Of a stretch of DNA of 64,000 bases, positions 37,600-45,129 are shown piece after piece (positions within the stretch are counted from its first letter, which is position 1; each line of letters begins with the position of its first letter). The position numbers and the translations under genes are program-made. The stretch is from positions 7,098-71,097 of the forward strand of contig CAZWDM010000008.1 in NCBI GenBank assembly GCA_964632415.1. The letters are read 5' to 3'. The notes under the pieces are model-generated. The model saw nothing but the letters and a program-made list of their open reading frames with translations, had not been told where the DNA came from and ran no database searches. The stretch is from an uncultured Dehalococcoidia bacterium. Its GTDB lineage: Bacteria; Chloroflexota; Dehalococcoidia; Lucifugimonadales; JADFKI01.

Positions 37600-38160
37600 G
37601 TGTTTGAGAACGGCATTGGTGTAGAGCAGTTACAAGTCGCTCATGCTCTCAGCCAACTGGTCATTCCAGTGGGCGACGTAGCTCCATCGGTGGCAAACCA
37701 GGCGGGTGAGACGGGGGTGGATACTCTCTTCAACATAATCGAGCTTGGCACCCGCATCTTCATTGGCTTGCTCACGTCTGCCGCCGTACTTTACGCAGGT
37801 TGGGGAGGCTTCTTGTTGATGAGATCTGCTGGCAACCCGCAGATGCTCGAAAAGGCCAGGATGCAGGTCATTCTGGCGCTTGTCGGAGTGGGCATCGGTG
37901 TGTCGGCGTTCCTGCTTGTCGGAACGGCGATTGACTTCATCTCGGGAGCGTCCGGCGGCACGGTCGTTGATGTGGGTGATGTGAGCAAGGTCAACAACAC
38001 GGGCAGGCAGGTGCCGCCGGGTAGCTTCCTTGGCATATATGGGGGTGAGGCCGTTCTATGCCCGAATTCGGATCCAGGGTGGAGCGCGAGCGTGAGACCT
38101 GAAGTGTTTGCAGCCTGGGGTTGGGCTGCTGGACCACCTGTAGTTTGCACTAGTAAGTGA
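37600..38160 (+). CDS. VirB2/TrbC-like pilin candidate A with Cys-bounded C-terminal extension
   Basis: GTG start with AGGAGG RBS. Two-helix hairpin IFIGLLTSAAVLYAGWGGFLLMRSAGNPQMLEKARMQVILALVGVGIGVSAFLLVGTAI (TM - short basic loop - TM, as in TrbC/VirB2 and T4SS_pilin families). About 70-aa C-terminal tail with two Cys (AVLCPNS..., ...VVCTSK). Confidence 0.55.
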   Translation: MFENGIGVEQLQVAHALSQLVIPVGDVAPSVANQAGETGVDTLFNIIELGTRIFIGLLTSAAVLYAGWGGFLLMRSAGNPQMLEKARMQVILALVGVGIGVSAFLLVGTAIDFISGASGGTVVDVGDVSKVNNTGRQVPPGSFLGIYGGEAVLCPNSDPGWSASVRPEVFAAWGWAAGPPVVCTSK

Positions 38161-38203
38161 ATTTAACCAAATAGTGCCCCTTAACAGGAACAGGAGGTAA
38201 GAA

Positions 38204-38773
38204 GTGTTTGAAAGCGGCATTGGTGTAGAGCAGTTACAGGTCGCTTACGCCCTCGGCCAACTGGTCATTCCAGTGGGCGACGCAGCTCCATCGGTGGCAA
38301 ACCAGGCGGGTGAGACCGGCGTAGATACTCTCTTCAACATAATCGAGCTTGGCACCCGCATCTTCATTGGCTTGCTCACGTCGGCAGCAGTGCTATACGC
38401 GGGCTGGGGTGGATTTCTGCTGATGAGGTCGGCGGGCAATCCCCAGATGCTTGAGAAAGCCCGCATGCAGGTCATTCTGGCGCTTGTCGGCGTAGGTATT
38501 GGCGTGTCGGCGTTCCTGCTTGTCGGAACGGCGATTGACTTCATCTCGGGAGCGTCGGGCGGCACGGTCGTGGACGTGGGTGACGTGAGCAAAGTCAATA
38601 ATGCGGGCAGAGTGGTGCCTGTAGGCAGTTTCCTCGGTATCTACGGCGGCGAAGCGGTACTTTGCCCGACAAAAGCGCCTTCACCAGCGTGGGGGACAGA
38701 TGCCGGTGAGGTCGGCGCGGATTGGGATTACAACACAGTTGCGGATGCTGATAACACCTGTACGAGTAAATGA
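38204..38773 (+). CDS. VirB2/TrbC-like pilin candidate B (paralog of A; divergent C-terminal tail)
   Basis: The transmembrane hairpin protein sequence is identical to A and the leader differs only at scattered residues. The tail diverges after FLGIYGGEAVLCP and ends ...DNTCTSK. Confidence 0.55.
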   Translation: MFESGIGVEQLQVAYALGQLVIPVGDAAPSVANQAGETGVDTLFNIIELGTRIFIGLLTSAAVLYAGWGGFLLMRSAGNPQMLEKARMQVILALVGVGIGVSAFLLVGTAIDFISGASGGTVVDVGDVSKVNNAGRVVPVGSFLGIYGGEAVLCPTKAPSPAWGTDAGEVGADWDYNTVADADNTCTSK

Positions 38774-38865
38774 ACCTAGATCCACATCGCTTGCTTATGG
38801 GCACGGTGTGGAATAGAACCAACTGAAGCCCGGGGTGACTCAGCACACTCCGGGCTGATGCAGGA

Positions 38866-40752
38866 ATGACTATGGCATTGTTCACGCGAAAATTCACGAT
38901 TGTAGCCCTGGTAACAGTCGGAGGTCTTGTGCTGCTTGTCGGTGGCGGCTTCATAGCGGCTCGCATCGTGCTACCGGGACTTTTCATGCCGGACGCACAG
39001 GCGGCTGAAAGCACGGCGAAATACTATCCGGTTGATACCCTGGCCTACGGCTGGCTGTCACTATCGCCCGCCGGCGAGCAGGCCGAACACATACGGGCGT
39101 TCATTGAGAGCCTGGAAGCTCACCCGGGGTTCCAGGACTTCCGAAACGACCTGAACGGGGAGCTCGACGGAGACGTGCTGGATGAGATGCAAGGGTGGAT
39201 AGGTCCCGATGTGTCGATCGGCATACTCGACATGGAGCCGGACATCCTCAACCCGTCGGTGGATGTTGCGCTCACCGTCAGCGTCCGTGACAGGGAGGCT
39301 GCCTCGACACAGATCGCCAAGCTCGTGGCGCGGGGACAGAGAGCGGAAGTGCAGTTCCTGGAGTTCGATGTCGGCGACTTCTACGTGTGGGCTGACCTGA
39401 ATGGAGAATCTTCAGCCTTCGCACTCTCGGACGAACTTTTCATCATGGCCTCGAGCTCGGAATCACTTCACAGGGTGCTGAGCAGGGCCAGTGGACTTGC
39501 GGATAATGAAGGGAACCTGACGCTGCGGCCAGAGTTCGCCGCGGGACAGTCGCAATACAAGCCGGAACGGTTCGCGTCGCTCTTTGTTAACTCGAGGCTT
39601 ATCTACGAGCGGGCGCTGGCCAGTCAGTTTCCCTCTGAGGCAGAGAGAGACGCGATGTCGAATTTCGTTGGTGATTCAGCGCCCTGGACCGCTGCATCCT
39701 TTGTCTGGCATGACAAGGGGATCGAGGGGGAGTGGGTGTATCCATACACGGAGAATGCGTTGAACGCGGCGCTGGATCCAAGTCCCCTTACCCCGAATTA
39801 CGCCCAGCTTGTGCCGCACGATGCAGCACTGGCGCTGGGTTGGGGGTACGACTCTTCCCTGGACAACCTGAGAAAGGGACTTGCCAGCTTCCAAATAGGT
39901 GACCTGCTGGGTGCTGCTCCAGCCGCCATGCCTGCCATGCTCGACTCGCCTCCCGCGGCACCCTCAGAACTGGAAGAGGGAACTCTCGCGGACGTCCTGG
40001 ACTTTGGACTCTCGATGGGTAGCTTGATGCTGGGCATCGACCTTCAAGCGGACCTTTTCGATCATCTGTCAGGGCAGCTCATAGTGAGTGCCGGCAACCT
40101 GCCTGATGTGGAGCATCTGGACGACATTTCCCTGGGATTGTCCGCCAGTCATACCGATGGATCAGGCCCGACGGTTGAAAATACCCTGTGGACACTGATG
40201 GGTGCGAGCTCTTCATTTGGGGAGACTGACATCAGCTTTGCCGCGATGGGTGATGGAGAGAATGCCATAGTCTCCGAGTCGTTTGACGCCGCGTTGCTCG
40301 TGGCAGACGGCTGGATTACAGGCAGCACGTCATTGGAATGGCTTGGCAACTTGACACTCACCCGTAGAGGCCAGGCGCCCAGTCTCGCGACGCGAGCGGA
40401 ATACCTGCGGGCAGCGGATGGGCTTGCGCCGGCGAAGCACTTGGAAGTCTTCGTAGATCTCAAGAAGGTCTTGCGAAACGAAGATGAGGGTGGGGCGTCT
40501 GTGCTCGGCGACATTTTCGGGGTTTTGCTCGTCCGAGACGGCGGCGACTCACAGTTCTCAAGACTCGTGACGGTCCTGACGGTCACTCCGGTGGAAACTG
40601 AGGGCTCTGCCGAACCGGAGAAGCAGCAGGAAGAGACTGAGCAGGACACTGGTGGGAGTGACGACTTGGAAGACGGCACCTCAACGGATGGTGGCGTGAC
40701 GGAGGATGAGTTGACCGAGACATCCGAGGTGGAAGGAAGCGTTGAACAATGA
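38866..40752 (+). CDS. N-terminally membrane-anchored 628-aa extracytoplasmic protein with acidic C-terminal tail (possibly DUF3352-like)
   Basis: Single N-terminal TM FTIVALVTVGGLVLLVGGGFIAA. Large soluble domain. C-terminus EKQQEETEQDTGGSDDLEDGTSTDGGVTEDELTETSEVEG. The family assignment is from memory and weak. Confidence 0.5.
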   Translation: MTMALFTRKFTIVALVTVGGLVLLVGGGFIAARIVLPGLFMPDAQAAESTAKYYPVDTLAYGWLSLSPAGEQAEHIRAFIESLEAHPGFQDFRNDLNGELDGDVLDEMQGWIGPDVSIGILDMEPDILNPSVDVALTVSVRDREAASTQIAKLVARGQRAEVQFLEFDVGDFYVWADLNGESSAFALSDELFIMASSSESLHRVLSRASGLADNEGNLTLRPEFAAGQSQYKPERFASLFVNSRLIYERALASQFPSEAERDAMSNFVGDSAPWTAASFVWHDKGIEGEWVYPYTENALNAALDPSPLTPNYAQLVPHDAALALGWGYDSSLDNLRKGLASFQIGDLLGAAPAAMPAMLDSPPAAPSELEEGTLADVLDFGLSMGSLMLGIDLQADLFDHLSGQLIVSAGNLPDVEHLDDISLGLSASHTDGSGPTVENTLWTLMGASSSFGETDISFAAMGDGENAIVSESFDAALLVADGWITGSTSLEWLGNLTLTRRGQAPSLATRAEYLRAADGLAPAKHLEVFVDLKKVLRNEDEGGASVLGDIFGVLLVRDGGDSQFSRLVTVLTVTPVETEGSAEPEKQQEETEQDTGGSDDLEDGTSTDGGVTEDELTETSEVEGSVEQ

Positions 40753-41069
40753 GGGTCGCAGAGGTAGAACTCCGCGGACGTTATGTATTCTGCATCGTCG
40801 GGGTTTTGATTGCGCCGGCGGTCGTCGCCATCACCATGCCGGGCGAGAGCAATCCTGCGATTTTCAACTTAGCAAGGTTCTGGTACTGGATGGGCATTCC
40901 TGTTGGGGTAGTTGCGGTTCTCTATGACTGGGGGGTTCTGATGTTTGAGTTGGGCAGAAAGTCGGTAAAGCGCAGCGAAATACATGGGCGGGTTCGACGC
41001 ATGCTCTACTCTTCGATGGCGCTTCTGACGATCTTGGCGGGCTTCATATTGACGAACGGGGCGCAGTGA
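40749..41069 (+). CDS. Small integral membrane protein (106 aa, about 3 TM)
   Basis: ATGA start/stop overlap with the upstream gene. Hydrophobic helices YVFCIVGVLIAPAVVAI, WYWMGIPVGVVAVLYDWGVLMF, SMALLTILAGFILT. Confidence 0.5.
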   Translation: MRVAEVELRGRYVFCIVGVLIAPAVVAITMPGESNPAIFNLARFWYWMGIPVGVVAVLYDWGVLMFELGRKSVKRSEIHGRVRRMLYSSMALLTILAGFILTNGAQ

Positions 41070-41070
41070 G

Positions 41071-42219
41071 ATGGACAGCCTACGAGGATGCGAACTCAGG
41101 CGCAGCACACCCTGCGCAAGACGAGCAACGGCAGTTATGCCGGCGGCCTTCTTACTGGCGGTCATTGTGGTTGCACTGCTCTCCTCCTGCACCAGCGAAG
41201 CAGAGCCGACAGGCGGAAATTCGGACAAGGTGGCGACGAGCCAGAGAGTGGCGACAAGCCGGGCTTTAGCGAAGAAGTTCGCCGACCCAACGGTGCAGGC
41301 AGCAATCAGGCAGGGAATGCCCGTCATACAGGCAGAGGCGAGCGAGGATGAGATGGGCAGCACAGCAACTACGACTGGGATCGCCCAGGATATTCCACTG
41401 GTGCCGACAATAGGGATTGTGACTCAGCGAATGGCGCGGTCGACACCGGTGGATATGCCGCCCCTCGTGCCGCGTGAAGCGCCTCTGAGGAACTATACGG
41501 CAGGTGAGGTTGGGAGATTCCCCTGGCGGTCATACGAGCGCGACGGCTACTCCTTTGCCTTCGCCGATGAGGGCGAGGCGATATACGTGCTGGTGCGGCG
41601 GGATGAGGTGAGATCGGAGAGTTGCGGACCGCATATCGGCAGCAGCCTGGATGCTCGGATGAACCCGACATGGAGCACCTTCGGACACTTGATATGGCTA
41701 TGGGGCGAAGGCGACAGGACGGGCTGCGTTGCAGTCAGCAAGTACGAGCACTGGATGAACAAGGATATGCCGCGGCCTTTGGCCGGCGGCGCGACAGCTG
41801 GAGAGCATGTCAGCCCGGGTGACTTCCTGACATATTTCAGGGATGTGCCAGACAGGTCGTACACGATGCCACCCGATCCGCGCGGAGGGGTGCGGACGGG
41901 CTATGAGATTCATGCGAGTGGAGCCAGCCCGTTCAGGGGCACCTGCGACATACGCCGGCTCCCTGCCGCAGCCTGGACTGCCGAGCGCGGCTTCGTCGGC
42001 ATATCCATCGAGGACACGGCAACTGTGATGGGGCTGGAGATAGAGGTGTTCAACCTGACGGAAATATCAGAGGCGCGGCGGGGTGGATGGTTCTATGTCT
42101 TTCTTGGTGACTACCCGCCGGCCGGCGATGCCGCCTGCTGGCGGATAGGGAACGGGGAGATACCCGAAGAGCCGTGCCTGCATTGTCAGGTGCATCTGCT
42201 TACAGGGCAGATCAAGTGA
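41071..42219 (+). CDS. Lipoprotein with a six-Cys extracellular domain (paralogous to the C-terminal domain of 45130..46758)
   Basis: Lipobox VVALLSSC (likely start MPAAFLL at 41137). Six conserved Cys: SESCGP, TGCVAV, GTCDIR, AACWRI, EPCLHC. The same order and spacing occur in the 542-aa lipoprotein. Confidence 0.55.
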   Translation: MDSLRGCELRRSTPCARRATAVMPAAFLLAVIVVALLSSCTSEAEPTGGNSDKVATSQRVATSRALAKKFADPTVQAAIRQGMPVIQAEASEDEMGSTATTTGIAQDIPLVPTIGIVTQRMARSTPVDMPPLVPREAPLRNYTAGEVGRFPWRSYERDGYSFAFADEGEAIYVLVRRDEVRSESCGPHIGSSLDARMNPTWSTFGHLIWLWGEGDRTGCVAVSKYEHWMNKDMPRPLAGGATAGEHVSPGDFLTYFRDVPDRSYTMPPDPRGGVRTGYEIHASGASPFRGTCDIRRLPAAAWTAERGFVGISIEDTATVMGLEIEVFNLTEISEARRGGWFYVFLGDYPPAGDAACWRIGNGEIPEEPCLHCQVHLLTGQIK

Positions 42220-42231
42220 GGACGGAATAGA

Positions 42232-42540
42232 GTGCTAGGAAAACGACGATTCATAGTAAATGGCGTTGCGGTGAGCATGGAGACGCCGCAGAGCAGCCCG
42301 GGACCAGAGAAGAAAGCTGGGGGTTGCCGTTGCATCTATGTCAGCCACAGCGAGGCGGTCGGGCGATGGGGGTTGAGCACGGCAGACGAGGTGTGGAGAG
42401 GACTCGGCGGAGAAGACACTGTGGCGCTTGTGACGGCCAAGCAGGATGAGCAGTTGGGGGAAACCCGGGATGATGGGGCGCTCACCACGATAATCGCGGA
42501 TGTAGTGGCGCAGTCGGCGGTTCCAGGGAAGGATAGATGA
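42232..42540 (+). CDS. Hypothetical protein (102 aa)
   Basis: GTG start; the stop overlaps the next gene's ATG (ATGATG). No motif recognised. Confidence 0.4.
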   Translation: MLGKRRFIVNGVAVSMETPQSSPGPEKKAGGCRCIYVSHSEAVGRWGLSTADEVWRGLGGEDTVALVTAKQDEQLGETRDDGALTTIIADVVAQSAVPGKDR

Positions 42541-43028
42541 TGGTCATCACGGTGATATGCCCCCATTGCAGGGTAAGGTTGAATGTTCCCGGGCCGGATG
42601 AGGGTGGGCCGGGATCCGGCGCAAGCATCGAGTGTGTCGAGTGCTTCAACGAGTTTCCTTTCATTGTGGACGACGAGCAGAGTATACCGACTGTCGCCCA
42701 GCAGCCCGTTCAGCAGCAGCCACGCCCAGCCGTGCCGACTTATGCCGAGAGGATGATGGCGGAGCAGTTGGCGGAGCAGCAGCGTTACGAGGCGGAAGCG
42801 CGGGCAAGGGAGCAATACGACAGCAGGATGGGCTTTGCCTATGGCGTCAAGCAAGGGGTACTGGAAATGGTCAAGACCCTCGTGGAGTTGACCTCCGCTC
42901 TCGTCGTCCTGTTTTTCTTCGTGGGAATCTGCGTCTTCTCATTTGTTGGTGGCTGGCTTGTCGGAGATGAGCTGTTCTTCTTCCTGAGCAAGATATTACA
43001 GCCAGCTGTTAGAGCGATATTTGGATAG
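42537..43028 (+). CDS. Zinc-ribbon (MJ0042-type-like) protein with Gln-rich linker and C-terminal TM helices
   Basis: ICPHCRVRLNVP...IECVECFNEFPF. Then QQPVQQQPRP and EQLAEQQRYE. Then LVVLFFFVGICVFSFVGGWLVG. Confidence 0.5.
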   Translation: MMVITVICPHCRVRLNVPGPDEGGPGSGASIECVECFNEFPFIVDDEQSIPTVAQQPVQQQPRPAVPTYAERMMAEQLAEQQRYEAEARAREQYDSRMGFAYGVKQGVLEMVKTLVELTSALVVLFFFVGICVFSFVGGWLVGDELFFFLSKILQPAVRAIFG

Positions 43029-43049
43029 TGGCTGAAGGCCGGTGGGCAC

Positions 43050-43646
43050 GTGATATTCGAAGCGATGTCGATAGAAGTAATGCAGGAGCCGCTGCGGTGG
43101 GCGGAGTCCGTGCGCCCAGCATTCGAGGACATCGTTCAGATGACCATACATCAGCAGACGTCCTTTGCGGACTCCGAGATCAGGGCCGCGCTGGATTTCT
43201 CCAGGGCGTTTTCTCGGCTGTTCATCATGCTGTGCGTGGCTGCTTCCCTTGTCGGCATCTGCTACGGCTCCTTTCTACTGCTCTCGTCGGGTGGAGAGCC
43301 GCGAAAGCTTGAGCAGAGTCGCACCGTATTCAAGAATGTCGCGATAGGACTGGTGCTGTCGATTTCATCCTACCTGATTCTCAGCCTGGCCATCACGATA
43401 ACGATTCAGACCATCGGACTTCCGGAGACGGTGCGTTTCTGGGATGACGCGGTGTTCCAGGATGACTTCGGTATCTACGAGCTGCTGGACGGCAGTGAGT
43501 ACGCCCTGCAGGGGGAGGTCATAATGCTCGATGGTCCCGAGCCGGTTGTCTGCTCGGACTCGTTGCCTGACGTTGCGAGCGACGCTGGGTGGAACTGGCA
43601 CGACAACTTGACGGATACCGAACTGGGGGGATGTAAACGCTCATAA
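43050..43646 (+). CDS. VirB2/TrbC-like pilin candidate C with Cys-bounded C-terminal extension
   Basis: LFIMLCVAASLVGICYGSFLLLSSGGEPRKLEQSRTVFKNVAIGLVLSISSYLILSLAITI has the same TM - basic loop - TM layout as A and B. The C-terminal tail has a GIY motif and two Cys (PVVCSDS ... GGCKRS). The start may be the ATG at 43065. Confidence 0.45.
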   Translation: MIFEAMSIEVMQEPLRWAESVRPAFEDIVQMTIHQQTSFADSEIRAALDFSRAFSRLFIMLCVAASLVGICYGSFLLLSSGGEPRKLEQSRTVFKNVAIGLVLSISSYLILSLAITITIQTIGLPETVRFWDDAVFQDDFGIYELLDGSEYALQGEVIMLDGPEPVVCSDSLPDVASDAGWNWHDNLTDTELGGCKRS

Positions 43647-43655
43647 GCGGACGCT

Positions 43656-44069
43656 TTGGTGATTGCGATGCAGCAGATGTTTGAAAAAATAGCAGAGTGG
43701 CTGGGAGTGGGTGTCACCCAGGCGAAGGGCATCGTATTCGGGTTCTTGTTCCTGCTGATCATAGGCATTGGACTGGCGAGTACGGCGGGCGTCGATCTCG
43801 TTGAAGATTATGGAACCGTAACCGACGGTGGAGCGCCGGATGTGGAAGAGATAACAAATCCGCTCGATGAGAGGAGGGAACATCTGAGGAAGAGGGTGAA
43901 ACTACCCACTCTGCTTAGCGATGGTCAGGTGATTCCTGATAGCCCTCCCCGACCTAACGGTGTAGTGCTGCGCTGCGGGCCGGCGTTGCGGGGCCAAGCA
44001 GGTTTGACTAGAGGATGGGTATGGACAGACAAGGAGAGAGGATGCAGGCGAGTCGCGAAACAGCCCTAG
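43656..44069 (+). CDS. Single-pass membrane protein (137 aa)
   Basis: One TM helix, GIVFGFLFLLIIGIGLASTAG. The ORF overlaps the next ORF by 55 nt, so one of the two boundaries is uncertain. Confidence 0.35.
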   Translation: MVIAMQQMFEKIAEWLGVGVTQAKGIVFGFLFLLIIGIGLASTAGVDLVEDYGTVTDGGAPDVEEITNPLDERREHLRKRVKLPTLLSDGQVIPDSPPRPNGVVLRCGPALRGQAGLTRGWVWTDKERGCRRVAKQP

Positions 44070-44584
44070 AACATAAGCCGCGGGAACGCCTGATGGCTGT
44101 GCTCGATTGGGAGAGCCTTAACCTTCGCCCCAAGCAACTCCTTGATGTAAACCTCAGAGTCCTGGAAATCATCAGGGAGAGACTGGGAAGCTGCTGGTGC
44201 AGGACGCTGTACAGGATCTACCTGAAGAAGGGAGACACCGAATCGAAGGCCTGGTATGAGCACTACCGCTCAGAGCACCTCATAGCCGCCTGGCGCACCC
44301 CGAAGAACAGAGGGCGCCGGCCGCCGGCCGACTGGGACTTCCGCATTCGGCAGAATATTCTTGACTGGTGCGTCAACGACGCGACGGCGATGCCCGACAG
44401 GACCGCATTGGTGCTGGTGTCGGGCGGCGGGAAATTCGTTGAGATGGTGGACAGACTGGACAGGGAGGGTGTGCAACTTCTTCTCATCCACACCGAGGAT
44501 GTGGGGGACGGAGTGGACGCATTGAAACGGGCTTACGGCCCGAACAGGTGCGTTGGCCTCGAGCTGAAAGCGGAAAGGGTTTGA
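44015..44584 (+). CDS. LabA/NYN-like domain protein (acidic catalytic positions partly substituted)
   Basis: MAVLDWESLN (compare the fiDgeNl opening strand of NYN). ADWDFRIRQNILDW. ALVLVSGGGKFVEMVDRLDREGVQLLLI (compare lvSgDsDFvpl...l...G..V.vig, with Gly here where NYN has Asp). The real start may be at 44042 or 44093. Confidence 0.4.
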   Translation: MGMDRQGERMQASRETALEHKPRERLMAVLDWESLNLRPKQLLDVNLRVLEIIRERLGSCWCRTLYRIYLKKGDTESKAWYEHYRSEHLIAAWRTPKNRGRRPPADWDFRIRQNILDWCVNDATAMPDRTALVLVSGGGKFVEMVDRLDREGVQLLLIHTEDVGDGVDALKRAYGPNRCVGLELKAERV

Positions 44585-44588
44585 AGAA

Positions 44589-45059
44589 ATGGAGGTGTAT
44601 GACGATGCAGTAGTGAGAATGGCCACCTTTCTCGACACCAGGAGCGTAGTGCTCTCGATGGGCACGGCGCGGGAGATTGACGGCGCGGTCAACCGCTTCA
44701 TAAACAGATGGCGGAGACGGCGCAGGTTTGGACAGAGGGTGATGCAGGTGCGCCGCCTGTACGCGCCGGAGGAACACAGACAAGTATCCACATTGCTCGG
44801 TCATTCGATGAAGTGGCGTCAGGGTGGAAACGGTGAGGCGATGGATTTAACAAACTTCATCATCAATGACAGCAGGGCGTTCTGCCTGCAGGACCCAGGG
44901 CGTTCGACGGCTGTGCTCTGTTCCACGGACGTGGGGATCAGGGACACCATCGAGGAATTGCCAGGGTCTGGAGCGGAGGTCTTTGTGCCGGGACGGGCTG
45001 GTAACTTGCCTGCCTATCTGTCAGGACTCGTGAAGCCGGAAAACACAGGACTCTTTTGA
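44589..45059 (+). CDS. Second, more divergent NYN-like protein
   Basis: MATFLDTRSV, AMDLTNFIINDS and AVLCSTDVGIRDTIEELPGSGAEVFVPG follow the same three-block order as the upstream gene. Confidence 0.3.
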   Translation: MEVYDDAVVRMATFLDTRSVVLSMGTAREIDGAVNRFINRWRRRRRFGQRVMQVRRLYAPEEHRQVSTLLGHSMKWRQGGNGEAMDLTNFIINDSRAFCLQDPGRSTAVLCSTDVGIRDTIEELPGSGAEVFVPGRAGNLPAYLSGLVKPENTGLF

Positions 45060-45129
45060 GTAGGCCATCGCTGATGGTGCTCCCGCATTAGCGCATCAGG
45101 CCGGAGCGCGGGAATAAGAAAGGTAAAGG

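Larger units (their letters stand above)
37587..38773. repeat. Tandem duplication (unit offset 604 bp) covering two paralogous pilin-like genes
   Basis: 37587-38063 aligns with 38191-38668, from the AGGAGGTA RBS onward. It has long identical nucleotide runs, a central block rich in synonymous differences, and unrelated sequence near the 3' ends apart from the shared C-T-S-K-stop ending. Confidence 0.85.
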
